From the NCBI RefSeq assembly GCF_001194135.2, contig NC_068984.1, positions 35,231,731-35,270,358 on the forward strand: a stretch of 38,628 nt of DNA. Direction: 5' to 3'. A program made the position numbers and the translations under genes. The notes beneath the pieces were generated by a model. That model made no database searches. It was not told where the DNA came from and saw nothing but the letters and a program-made list of their open reading frames with translations. Shown here piece after piece: positions 1-12,118 of the stretch (position 1 is its first letter; every line of letters starts with the position of its first letter). The stretch is from Octopus bimaculoides. Its lineage: Eukaryota.

Positions 1-44
1 ATTAGTTTAACTTCCAAGTTTCAGTACGCCTTTACCTTTATATG

Positions 45-175
45 TAAGTGTGTATGTTTGTATGTATGTATGTATGTATGTATGTATGTATGTTTGTATG
101 TATGTATGTATGTATTCATGTATGTATGTATTGATGTATGTATGTATTCATTATGTATGTATGTATGCATGCATG
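45..175 (+). repeat. (TATG)n microsatellite, imperfect
   Basis: Directly visible tandem tatg units. Confidence 0.95.
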
Positions 176-1173
176 GATCAACACCCGGTTACATATAATA
201 TGTAGTATCTATTTGTATTCTCATACAAGTGTCTGAGTGGATACTTGTGTTTGTGTGTGTCTGCACTGAAATTATATCTTGAACACACAGAGACAGACAC
301 AGATGCATGCACACACACAGACACACATAAATACACACATACATACACACTCACACACACACACACTCACACATATATATAAATTTCACATTGATCATTA
401 TCAGATATGCGTTCTGAAATCAAATCAAAATCTGTATGAGATGTTTTAAGAACTAAACTGCGAAAAGTAATACTGCATTCGATATTTTCATTTGAGATGA
501 TTTGATTCTCAACAAAATTTCCGTATTCGTGCCTTGTCATATTTCAAGCTAATTTGATATCTAGCAGAGTATTATATGTTTTAAATAAGTTAAATAAAGA
601 AATCCATCGTTGAAAAAGTCTCATACCTAAAAAGAACAGATTATATGAAAATGAAAAATTGAATTATTTTCAAACGCACATGTTTGAATTCCTTTTATAG
701 AAACAGTTTATTTTACAATTACTCTCGTTAAATATATATTACACTGTCTCCAAGATGTTTCTTAAGAGGTTCATACGTCCTAAGCGCATTTTGACAGACG
801 TTATCTATTATTTACTTGTATATTTTTCACCTGTACGAGGTTCCGGTAACTGTCCTGGTCAGTGGAGCTTTCAGATAGTGTTTTATACAGAAAGAATTGT
901 TTGCAGAGAACTGTCTACTTGTACCACTGTTTATTTTCTCGGTATTTCCAAATTCAGGTATGAAACTCCCTAAAAATGATTTTTTTTGTTACCATACCCC
1001 ACATATCTGGGATGATTGTATCCTCACAGCTCGATACGATCCTATATAACTGTTCTTGCTCGTTCGAATCAATAGACCATTTCTGACATAATAAAGTAGG
1101 TGTTTTTATATGCGTACTCAAAAGTTTTTCCTGTAAATAAACTTAAAGTATATATATATATATATATATATAT

Positions 1174-1414
1174 GGGAGAATATACAAATAATAACAACAG
1201 ACGAGGACAGGTGGTGTAAATAACAAAAGGATATATTAGTATGACGCTCGGGAATACGGAAAGTCTTTGACGTTTCGAGCTACGCTCTTCAACAGAAAGA
1301 ATACGGAGACAAGGAGAAAAACACGGAGAAAAAAAATTGAATAGTGTTCAGTCAACGGTCAAATATTTATATAAAGGGCATTATTATAGAAAAATAATAA
1401 CGCCACACAGTGGA
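1174..1414 (-). mobile_element. Short (TA)n-abutting repeat carrying a hammerhead motif (PLE pLTR-like or non-autonomous derivative); runs into a gap
   Basis: Begins right after (TA)n 1149-1173. The leader gggagaatatacaaataataacaacagacgaggacaggtggtgt aligns by eye with 37997-38045 and more loosely with 37393-37432. Contains the motif at 1264-1300. Confidence 0.7.
1264..1300 (-). ncRNA. Minimal type I hammerhead ribozyme motif with A6U core variant
   Basis: Minus strand reads UCUUU-CUGUUGA-A-GAGC-GUA-GCUC-GAA-ACGU-C-AAAGA: 5-bp helix I, 4-bp helix II, palindromic helix III and a GUC triplet. The core deviates from CUGANGA at position 6. Confidence 0.7.
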
Positions 1415-1726
1415 NNNNNNNNNNNNNNNNNNNNNNNNNNNNNNNNNNNNNNNNNNNNNNNNNNNNNNNNNNNNNNNNNNNNNNNNNNNNNNNNNNNNNN
1501 NNNNNNNNNNNNNNNNNNNNNNNNNNNNNNNNNNNNNNNNNNNNNNNNNNNNNNNNNNNNNNNNNNNNNNNNNNNNNNNNNNNNNNNNNNNNNNNNNNNN
1601 NNNNNNNNNNNNNNNNNNNNNNNNNNNNNNNNNNNNNNNNNNNNNNNNNNNNNNNNNNNNNNNNNNNNNNNNNNNNNNNNNNNNNNNNNNNNNNNNNNNN
1701 NNNNNNNNNNNNNNNNNNNNNNNNNN

Positions 1727-1794
<68 letters not shown>

Positions 1795-1799
1795 TTGCG

Positions 1800-2230
1800 G
1801 ATATACCATTTTCTTTACGAATTATGAAATTCCAGCGATCAACTAGTGTTATCAATGATGTATTGGGAGAATTCTTCACAATGTCTTGACCATATTACTT
1901 TGTCTCTTACAACGCTCAGAAGTTTATATATTCCCTTAATGGTTGTATATTGTCCATCTAAACACTTAACAGATATTTTTTTTAAATAGGGTTTTCAGAA
2001 ACTTCTTTTTAGCTAATACCTCCCACTATTACTCCATGGGCTTCCCCTCTTAAATTTTAAACAAACTAATGTTTTTATTACGTGGATCCTCAACATATAA
2101 ATATGTAGTCCTCAATCATTTTCTATAAAAATCTCTTTACCACCAACTTGTATACTTGTGGGACTAATATGTAGGCATTAGCCTTTTGAATAAGATAGCC
2201 CTGAAGACACCTGGACACCTTGCTATTATT
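1800..2230 (-). mobile_element. Degenerate LINE fragment, probably RTE clade (endonuclease-RT linker)
   Basis: Minus-strand peptides VLAKKKFLKTLFKKISVKCLDG and KVIWSRHCEEF resemble the RTE linker motif W.EH(F/Y)..LLN. Many stops and frameshifts. Confidence 0.4.
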
Positions 2231-2254
2231 TTTTTAAATCTCCAACTATTCACA

Positions 2255-2409
2255 TGATCCAAATATTTAGAAGCACTGTTCACATAGTGACCAGATTGAA
2301 ACATTCCAGAATGATCAGGGAAGGATTCGATAACTTAAAAGAACGAATACCATCTTCCCGTAGGCTGCAGGTAGTAAACTCACTACGCATGCAAGACTCC
2401 ATCAGCTCC

Positions 2410-2414
<5 letters not shown>
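2255..2414 (+). mobile_element. 3' end of an R4/Dong-like retroelement followed by an (AAT)n tail
   Basis: FRSTVHIV resembles the C-terminal LLGTAHI(L/V) motif. The last 57 nt match 19827-19883 (minus) at 45/57 ungapped. (AAT)n follows immediately. Confidence 0.5.
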
Positions 2415-2447
<33 letters not shown>

Positions 2448-2569
2448 CAGCAACAACGAAAGAAGAAGAAGAAGAAGAAGAAGAAGAAGAAGAAGAAGAA
2501 GAAGAAGAAGAAGAAGAAGAAGAAGAAGAAGAAGAAGAAGAAGAAGAAGAAGAAGAAGAAGAAGAAGAA
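2410..2569 (+). repeat. Compound (AAT)n-(AAC)-(GAA)n microsatellite running into a gap
   Basis: Directly visible. Confidence 0.95.
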
Positions 2570-3529
2570 NNNNNNNNNNNNNNNNNNNNNNNNNNNNNNN
2601 NNNNNNNNNNNNNNNNNNNNNNNNNNNNNNNNNNNNNNNNNNNNNNNNNNNNNNNNNNNNNNNNNNNNNNNNNNNNNNNNNNNNNNNNNNNNNNNNNNNN
2701 NNNNNNNNNNNNNNNNNNNNNNNNNNNNNNNNNNNNNNNNNNNNNNNNNNNNNNNNNNNNNNNNNNNNNNNNNNNNNNNNNNNNNNNNNNNNNNNNNNNN
2801 NNNNNNNNNNNNNNNNNNNNNNNNNNNNNNNNNNNNNNNNNNNNNNNNNNNNNNNNNNNNNNNNNNNNNNNNNNNNNNNNNNNNNNNNNNNNNNNNNNNN
2901 NNNNNNNNNNNNNNNNNNNNNNNNNNNNNNNNNNNNNNNNNNNNNNNNNNNNNNNNNNNNNNNNNNNNNNNNNNNNNNNNNNNNNNNNNNNNNNNNNNNN
3001 NNNNNNNNNNNNNNNNNNNNNNNNNNNNNNNNNNNNNNNNNNNNNNNNNNNNNNNNNNNNNNNNNNNNNNNNNNNNNNNNNNNNTGTGTGTGTGTGTGTA
3101 TACCAGCATATATATGCTTATGTGTAGAAATTGAATGTAAATTTTGAAGCTGAATTTGAATCCGATATTTAGGCAAGGAAGTCTTATCAAATACAATATG
3201 CATAACGTAGGGCGTAGCCATCATTCATTAGAAGTATGTCTGATATATATTGGCTTAGACTGTGAATGTGAAGTAACCCGTATCTTACTGCATGTAGATT
3301 TCAGGATACGATCAGAGCAACTGGATAGTAGAAATAACTGAAATAACTAAAAAAAAAAAATACAAGGGAATTTGCAAGTCAGGCAGGAGAAGAGGTACTT
3401 CGATTGAAATAAGTATGCTAAGAATAACATCCGTAGATTAGCAAACTCACAGTGTGAATAACCGATGAAGGATAATATTACATTAATATAGCTGTTGAGG
3501 TTACATGGGGTGGATAGTTAATCCAAACT

Positions 3530-3935
3530 AATCCGGGAATTTTTCATGAGTTGAAATGTTAAAGATTAATTTTGATCTTACGTTATATTAGGTGTATTAT
3601 CTTTACTTCAATAACTTGACATTGCAGTAGGTCTTCTATAATATTGTTTTCTATTGTAGATAGTTTGCGAAAATGGTTTGAGCAACGTTCTATGAATTTC
3701 TTTTGAATACCTTCAGTTTCACTGATCCAAGTGGATCCATCATAGGCACAGAAAAGAGCGGCAGTCGATATATCTTTTAAATAGCTGTACATTGATTTGG
3801 CGTCTTTTTTGTCAAAGGCCACTTTAATATCTGTGGACATGCTCAACTACCCTGCGCTCTTAATTGCTCTCAGATCTCTGCAAAGTTGATTTATGGCACT
3901 TTCATGATTCCTCAGCCTTCTAGATGAATTAGGTT
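3530..3935 (-). mobile_element. RTE/BovB-like LINE fragment (region upstream of the RT domain)
   Basis: ORF 3583-3846: DAKSMYSYLKDISTAALFCAYDGSTWISETEGIQKKFIERCSNHFRKL resembles the RTE pattern (LK.IYGP...DG..L.TD.E.IL.RW.EHF..LLN). Confidence 0.7.
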
Positions 3936-4753
3936 TAAGCAATTTATAGCGTAGTTTCTGATATGCACGCATGCACACACACACACACACACACGGAGTA
4001 TGCATATATGTGTGTGTGCGTGTGTGTGTGTGCCTTTGCGTCTGTGTACGCATGCATGTATATATGTAGGAATACATACACACACACACGTATACATATG
4101 TCCATGTACGCAGTTATTCAGATGCACATACGAGACAACAAACAGAACATTGAAGAGTTAAAGAACTAACCACCCAAATACAATTAGAATGCTCCATGAA
4201 GCGCTTAGTCATGCATGTACCTACGCTTCTCTTAAGTCTGTAAATGCAATTTCCTGTTCGATGCGAGTCGCAGACAAATAAAGTACTCCTAAAATTCCGT
4301 TTACCATGTTAGCGTGCACATGATACGATTAAAATTAAGAATTTAAATCCATTGATATTTAATGCAGCAGAACTTCAGTGTTATCTCTCTCAAGTGGTTC
4401 TAAAGTATACATAACCATCATTCTCGTGGATTCATCCAGGCTTGTGTTATTGTATTACTACACACCAATGCCTCATCTGCCCAGCGGAAAGCCGTGGTGA
4501 TTGCCGACTCGGCCACATATAATGTTATAAACGAAGATTGCAATGAAATCTATTTTGTCGTACTTTTACACATATGGTACTCGATACGTAAAAAATAGTA
4601 AGTGACCAATTATTTCACGTTGTCATCAATACATATCTCTGATCGGCGTACTTTTCATCGAGTTTCATAAATATGTGTGGGGAGGTATGATGGTCTTATG
4701 ATTGTTTCTTTGTAAGATGTTGTCATTCTATAGTACAATAGTTTGAATGTTGT

Positions 4754-4755
<2 letters not shown>

Positions 4756-4800
<45 letters not shown>

Positions 4801-4803
4801 TTT
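4756..4803 (+). repeat. (TTTA)n microsatellite
   Basis: Directly visible. Confidence 0.95.
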
Positions 4804-6949
4804 TTGACGGTGTATATTCGTGGTGCAGATATATATATATATCGAACATTGCTAAACTCACGTCTCTATACATATTGGTAACCATGTTTTGAATTCTCAA
4901 CCTAGCGCGTATCCTGAGACAATGACATAATGAAATGTTCATATCGTCCACAACAACAATGAGAAAAGAGCCGAAATGGAAAAATTTCAAGTCACACGAA
5001 GAGACAGCATGTTCTTATATGAATAAAACGATCGACATTTAACTGTGTCTACTGAATATTAATTACATAAACACGCACAAATAACATACATTCGTCAACG
5101 TAATAGGGAAAGTCAAGCCATATTGTTACTTGAACATAAGCGTTCACGATATCTTACGATAAGATTTAAGTAACTTCAACGCTCCTTCAAACATGTATCG
5201 TGTAAACTCAAAATCATATATACGTGTCCCTTAGAGAGACTCATTTTTATCTAACAAAAAATGCAACAGGCCGTATCGAGTGTATCACTAAAGAATACTC
5301 CATCGTGGGACATAAGTGTTCGTATACAGTCATCCATTAGTCATATTCCATTGTCCCAAAATATAATACTTTTCAGCGAATATCTACTTGCAATATCGCA
5401 TAGAACTCCATACAAACTGAAGTTAATTGGAATTTTCAGATACAATTTGTGAATCTAAATTTGATAAGAGGCTGTTTCTTTAACAAAAGTTTCTTCACAA
5501 TGTATTCCATTCTTTCGAAACAATTGGCATATTTACCACTCTCTAATATCCAACTACACTAGTGAAATTTCTTGCGATGTAGCAAACATACAAGAGAGTA
5601 ACATAATATCGTCATATATCGTAGGTAAAATGTTGCAATCTCAGCGCAGATTTCTCTTTACTAAACAGTATTATTGTATCCAGGGTTTTACCACTAGTGC
5701 AAAGACAACACAAAATCGCCCGCAAGGATGCCGGTTAGTGAGAACGTATTCCTTTCTATTCTTCTAACATGTGTATCCTTATGTGCAGATGCATTTGTAT
5801 CCGTGTTTGTGCGTGTATGTGTGTGCGCGCGCGTGAATGTGTGTATGCTTGTGCGTGTGTCATAGATTTTAGCAGCATTGTGGCCTTCCCTCAGCTCCAT
5901 CCTCTCACTCCGTTGTGCTGCTGCTTTCCTAAGACCCGACAAAAAAGGAAAAACGAGAATAGTACATTTCCTGTATTGCTCTGTGTATGTGTTCGCCCAC
6001 AGTGTTATCATCGTGGTAGTTGTTGCTATTGGCATCGTTGGCACCGCCGCTGCCACCGACTTTGTCAGTTGTGTTGCCAACATTGCTATGGCCGTCCATG
6101 TTAATGTCATATGACAACCGGCCTTGAAGATCATGTGAAAGATTTCCCCTTAATATTTCATATGATGGTCTGAAAAATAGCTATGAAATATTAAGTCGCC
6201 TGCGAATGTAGCATATATAGTCGTGTGCAGTTTCTGTGGGAGCAGCTGTTATCATAGTTAGCCATGAAACGGAGGTTTCACCGTGTAATATATAATGCTT
6301 TAGTGTGGTTTACTTATCAAGATGTAGTCAAAGGGGATGAATAAGAAATGTCACCTTCAAATTGTTTGGGGTGCAAAATTATCACGTATAATTAAACTTG
6401 CAACTTCATGAAAAATCTCAAGAGGATGAAGAAGTGCTCCTAAATTTTTATAATATCCTTTTGAAATATGCTGTATTTACGGAGTAAATATAGAGACAGG
6501 GTAACAGAAAAGGGAAAGAAACGTATGGTAGTGTGGGCACAGGTGCACATGCACACGTGCATGCGCGGGTCTGTGCACGTGTTAAATTGAAAAGGTAACA
6601 GACACCCATGAGATATATAAATAATCACATAAGGGAAGGTGAAGAAATGTTAGTGAATATGAAATTAATTGCTACACCCAAAATTATAGTGTAATTAATG
6701 AACTTCAAAGACAGAAATACGACTCATTCATCTGCATGTATATTCAAAAGAATAATCGGAGCACTCAGCAAATGGTGAGTCATGTTGATATTTTTATAGC
6801 TTGTTCAGCCATGGTCAGTAATATTTAATAATTGGGAAGACGAAGAATTCCCGAAACTTGGCAGTTGTGAATATGTCCAGATCTTCAGTGAGTGAGGTTT
6901 TAACTAGTCTGATGTAAACCCTCAGTTATCTATATATGACAAATTTTGG

Positions 6950-7300
6950 GGGTCCTGATATCCTAACAGAAATGAGTAAGATCAAGATCAACTCGGCAGT
7001 AGGTCCTGATAAGTTCCTGGCCACTGTCCTGAAGATGTGTCGACATCAAATTCCACCCCTTCTAGCTGATCTCTGGGAGGAACCCAGTTGATGCAACTAC
7101 ATTCCTGATCATTTTCTTTCCCAGTCTGCCGTCTCATTTTTCAAAAAAGGAAACAAATTCCTTGCAGCGAACTACCGTCCGATTTCACTCACCTCTCATG
7201 TCATTAAAATATTTCAGAGGGTGGTGAGAATAACTCACTTCCTCGAAGACGACAATCTGCTGCACCCCACCCGGCATTGTTTCTATTATGTTGTGATCCG
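6950..7300 (+). mobile_element. CR1-group LINE reverse transcriptase N-terminal fragment
   Basis: One frame gives NSAVGPDKFLATVLKMCRHQ..*..FFKKGNKFLAANYRPISLTSHVIKIFQRVVRITHFLEDDNLLHPTRHCF. The GPD, KKG and NYRPISLTS motifs are typical of this RT group. One in-frame stop. Confidence 0.85.
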
Positions 7301-8929
7301 AAACTAATGTCGGTGTCACATTCACATTCTGNNNNNNNNNNNNNNNNNNNNNNNNNNNNNNNNNNNNNNNNNNNNNNNNNNNNNNNNNNNNNNNNNNNNN
7401 NNNNNNNNNNNNNNNNNNNNNNNNNNNNNNNNNNNNNNNNNNNNNNNNNNNNNNNNNNNNNNNNNNNNNNNNNNNNNNNNNNNNNNNNNNNNNNNNNNNN
7501 NNNNNNNNNNNNNNNNNNNNNNNNNNNNNNNNNNNNNNNNNNNNNNNNNNNNNNNNNNNNNNNNNNNNNNNNNNNNNNNNNNNNNNNNNNNNNNNNNNNN
7601 NNNNNNNNNNNNNNNNNNNNNNNNNNNNNNNNNNNNNNNNNNNNNNNNNNNNNNNNNNNNNNNNTATATATATATATATATATATATATTTGTGTATGTA
7701 TATACCTAAGTATATGACTGCATTCACATACCTACGTATATGACTCTATTCATATTCATATATGTATGAATAGACAATAAGTATCCACTCCGTAGTGAAT
7801 GTGATTAAAGAATTCAGCTTGTATGGCTATTCGAAAATAAGCCGCTAATTCCTGGATATGGTCTGACATTTCGCATATACAGCAAAGTTGATTACGTTTT
7901 GACTGTTTTGATAAGTAAAACATTGTGCATATACATTTTTACACCTCACAGGCATCACTGCGTCCCTTCATTTTTTCCCACCTGTTTTGTATGTGCACAC
8001 ACCAATTCAACCCACTATTTTCTTCCACTGATATTACTTAAACAATAATTATCCAAGTTTCACTTTCATTTTCTCACATGTTTGCATCCATTATCCCATT
8101 CTTGCCAAAGAAGTGCATTATTCTGTCCTCAGATTTTGTTTTTCTATTTGCTATTTACACTTTTCGTTACCTTTGTTACCGTTGAAACTTTACCGAAGAT
8201 GAGTAAATATGTATCACATTATCATTATTGAAAGTTACTGGAATCAGACCTCGAAATCCTTATAAAACAGAAATGTTCAAATGAGTCACAAAGGGGTTAC
8301 GGTGGATATAACGAATGATAATTGGGAATATTTCCTTTGGGAGAATAAATGATGCATATAGTAATATCTTTCAAACTGCGTAGTACATTTTGTGCATAAT
8401 GCTTATCAATAAATATAAAATTAAATCTAGATCTGAATCATTTACTTAAATGTGCATACCTTGTTGTTTTGTAAATGTAAAGAAATGCTTAACATTGAAC
8501 GGAGCTCGAATTTGTTGATCCATTATCGCGTTGGATGTAATATGCCAATAAATATGGCGGTCATTCAAGAGAACGGTAAGATTTGTAACAGAATTTTTTT
8601 TTTAATGTAAAATGTACTGTGTCACAACTGTAGCAAATTGTTTTCCTGATATTAAAGACTAGTTTTAGATATTTGAAATGTCAGTAATTTTTCACTACGT
8701 TAAATTGAATGGGAAACTTACAAGTGTTGATTAAGATATTGATATTAATTATCAGTTCTTTTAGAAGAAAATTATCTTTTAAGGAGGCAGATCAGTTATA
8801 CAATGTTTTAGACGATTTGCTTTCTTTGGAATATTGTTCATATGAAGGCTTTTAATTTTGATAAATAAAATCAGCAATATGATTTAAAGCTTCGATATCT
8901 CATGTGATACTCTTCCGATACGAAGCCAA

Positions 8930-9450
8930 ATATCTACCACTTCTAAAATCTAAATATGGCAAAGAGTTAAGATACGTTTACCCAGCTGAAACGTGGTGTT
9001 CAAATAAGAAGCTATGGATGACTAACAAGCTGTTCTAAGGCTGGTTTACGAACTCTTTCTTATTCGGGTGAATAAAGACACAATAATATTTCCAGCAAAG
9101 CACTTTGCACTTTCACAATGGCTACATAATCCATTGAACTTAAAGTCTTTTATTGTCATGATATGAATGCAGAGTATTTTCCCAAGTACGCAGGCTGTGA
9201 ATGGTGATTTTTTAAAAACGTGTGACCAGATTGTGTTTATGAGTTTAAACGACTTTCACTAGAAAGTGGTCTACATCAAATTCAGCATGCATGGAATTTT
9301 GGCAGCAGTAAATAATGTATGTTTGAACTAGTCAAGTCAAGAAGAGGGCGAAGAAGCTGTATACATTTCATTAGATTTGACTATGAAGTATACGGTTAAT
9401 AATTTTAAACTTTTAAAAGTTCTACAAATGTTTGCTGATAATGATTCTAA
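8930..9450 (+). mobile_element. Tigger/pogo-like (DDE_1, CENP-B-related) transposase remnant
   Basis: WCSNKKLWMTNKLF*GWFTNSF at 8994 onward matches the pogo W.SNKKAWMT..LF..WF motif. Downstream KAL.. and LKVFY.. segments are weakly recognisable. Confidence 0.65.
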
Positions 9451-9896
9451 TCTTAAAGCTGCTATTGAATTTACTGATGGAGAAGCAAGTGAGCTCATTT
9501 ACGGTACTAGTAATGGAGTTCCGAAAAAGTCGAACAGCATTCATTATGTTCTCTCCTACAATAGTTGCTGTTGGACATAATTTACAAAGTACACGATAGT
9601 ACTTCTTTTCTTGCCAATAGATCATTTGATAAAACTACACATCATTCAATATTCAGCAGCATTTATGGTGAGTCCGCAAGAAGTACGATATTACAATACT
9701 ATTCCATAATGCATTTCTATTGAAATTATTTATATATAAAAAAAAAAACTACATTCTGTTTAAATATTGATATTTTCAGACGAAGCGGCAGTTTCATTGT
9801 TTCTGTCGGAAGATACCTCAGTTCAATTCAAATCAATGCGAAAATTGTTTTCACGCCACGGAATACTATATATATGCCTGTAGATATGCTTTTGCG

Positions 9897-9931
<35 letters not shown>

Positions 9932-10369
9932 ATTATGTATGTATATATATATATATATATATANNNNNNNNNNNNNNNNNNNNNNNNNNNNNNNNNNNNN
10001 NNNNNNNNNNNNNNNNNNNNNNNNNNNNNNNNNNNNNNNNNNNNNNNNNNNNNNNNNNNNNNNNNNNNNNNNNNNNNNNNNNNNNNNNNNNNNNNNNNNN
10101 NNNNNNNNNNNNNNNNNNNNNNNNNNNNNNNNNNNNNNNTATATATACATATACATATATACAGACATACATATACAGACAAATACACACACATACGCAG
10201 GTATATGTGTTGTGATTTGTCAGATAAATTCCTTCGTTTCTTTCTAGTGTTATTTGAACGTACATGAAAAACATTTTCGTAGTGTTTTGTTTTTACATGT
10301 CTATTCATTCTTTACAACGTTTGCCTTTCGTATTTGAAATTTGAAAAAAATTGTTTTCAGACATGACAT

Positions 10370-11345
10370 TGGAATGCCAAATAGGCGTATAGTCATTTTT
10401 GAAACCTACTTCTCTTCGCGTTCTATCAAATTTCTAAATTTGTTGAAGTTGCCAATGCCGCATGGAAAACCGTTATTTTAAAAAGGAAGGTGCCAAAATG
10501 CTTTTCATTATATAAGAAGGTGAAATTCTACTTCAAAAACCCTCTGTTTCCTGCCTTACTATTCATACACGGCGATCCCTGTCTTCCGCATGGTAATTGT
10601 CGAAGTAGATGGGATGTTCTCATAATAATGTCTATCGTTACCTTCGCTCGATACAACATGGTCTGAAGGAGTAAGATAAACTCCGGCGCCTCCTCTACAG
10701 CAATCGATTTCCTAACTCGACTCCAGGCTGCTTGTGGATACAAACAGATATTTCCTTACTGCATCATCAGCGGCGATGCAAAATGGTGTCTTTACGTCAA
10801 TATGGATTAGAGGAAAATATAGGTGAGCGTCGACAAGAAAATAATTCCCCAGTGCAATCCAGGGCTGTATCGCCGCGATAAAATGGCCTGATTTGGTGGA
10901 TATCTGAAGGTATATCTCTACGGAATAATTGTAAACACACATGCGGTCAATGCAGAGCTCTATGTTCAACAAATACCCTAACTCAAAAAGGTAGAGCAAT
11001 TAAAACAAGCTGAGTAGTTATACGCGTGCTTCTTCCACACGACTATGATCCTATCCCACATCGCTCATTAGACTCAGAAAGCTACTTGAGACAGCAGTTG
11101 CGAAATTCAGCCATGCAGCCTTACTTGCTCCATGCTCGTGTATAATCATTCATATTTTGACATTTATCCTATAATCTCCAACGGTATGTGCGAGGGTTTT
11201 TTTAAAAAAGAAACAATACTCCGTGGCGTTAGATACGTAATTAGATGAATTCTTGAACTCCAGACGCAATGATTTCTACTATAAAGACATTAACAATCTA
11301 GTGGAATGTCGGCAAGTTGTGAACAATGAATGAGAATATATTATA
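10370..11345 (+). mobile_element. Degenerate mariner transposase, near full length
   Basis: HF*NLLLFAFYQISKFVEVANAAW (N-terminus), IISGDAKWCLYVNM (10763-10804, first catalytic D), VNAELYVQQI, LLPHDYDPIPH (LLHDNARPH-like) and LDEFLNSRRNDFYYKDINNLVECRQVVNNE*EYII (C-terminus). Multiple frameshifts; TIRs not resolved. Confidence 0.88.
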
Positions 11346-11714
11346 AAAAAAGTTCTTCGAGGAAAATAAAGACTAAAATCAATAGGAAAAAGTTTAAAAA
11401 TTCATCGGATAAACAATTTCTGTAATTCCTTATACTAACGAACCGTAAGCACTTCTTAATAAGTGTCTCGGAAGATATTGATAAATGCTTAATAAGGAGC
11501 GTATCAAAGCTTAATAATAATTGTCTCCAGTTTATTCAAAATACGTCCAGTTATGAAGAAATTTTGGCGAGTGCATCGACTCAAATATTGGAGGGATAAC
11601 GTGTAGACTTGACCTCGATGGAATGTGGACTTAAGATATAAAAACGGAAATATATGCAACATTTATGTTCTCCGACATTCTAACGATTCTTAAACTCGTC
11701 GCCTAAGACATATT

Positions 11715-11935
11715 TATAATAGTGAGTTCTAAGTTTGGCACAAGGCCAGCAAGTTCGGGGACCCCAGAAATTTCTTCGACTGAAGCGCAAAACTGGTACT
11801 TATTTTATTAATCCCGAAGGGATGAATTTCAAAGCCGACCTCGGCTGAATTTGAACACAGTAACTAAAGACGGGTGAAATATCGTTAAGCATTTCGCATA
11901 GAGTGCTAAAGATTGTGCCAGCTCGCTGCCTTAAA
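11715..11935 (-). mobile_element. tRNA-derived SINE with a conserved central domain (Meta/MESC-like, tentative)
   Basis: Plus strand aactggtacttattttattaatcccgaagggatgaatttcaaagccgacctcggctgaatttgaac is the reverse complement of a B-box-like GTTCAAAT followed by a central domain I recall from invertebrate SINEs. Family name not verified. Confidence 0.65.
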
Positions 11936-12026
11936 TAGGCATATAATATTAGCCATAGAGAAAGTTAACTAGTGTCTAGCATGATATTGTTTTCTATATC
12001 AAACAGATAAATAGAATATAGAGAGG

Positions 12027-12029
<3 letters not shown>

Positions 12030-12112
<83 letters not shown>

Positions 12113-12118
12113 GAGAGG
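12030..12118 (+). repeat. (GATA)n(GA)n compound microsatellite
   Basis: Directly visible. Confidence 0.95.

Noticed and set aside
755-973. 72-aa ORF with a CAG|GTATGA donor-like site, plus an open minus-strand frame between AG and GT
   Set aside because: No recognisable protein similarity, several frames are equally open, and no partner exon was found.
1337-3224. Long tracked ORFs, and similar ones at 7185-7727, 9823-10308, 16128-16559, 27790-28348, 31834-32626 and 37071-37468
   Set aside because: Their length comes from N-runs and dinucleotide or trinucleotide repeats translated as X, YI, CV, HT, poly-R or poly-L.
5694-6134. Overlapping ORFs on both strands in a GC-richer patch (e.g. MDGHSNVGNTTDKVGGSGG..)
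   Set aside because: The sequence resembles decayed GCC/GTT/CAT trinucleotide repeats, has no domain motif and no convincing splice sites. A real exon or UTR cannot be excluded without RNA data.
10528-10999. Two minus-strand ORFs (71 and 95 aa)
   Set aside because: They are antisense shadows of the plus-strand mariner transposase remnant.
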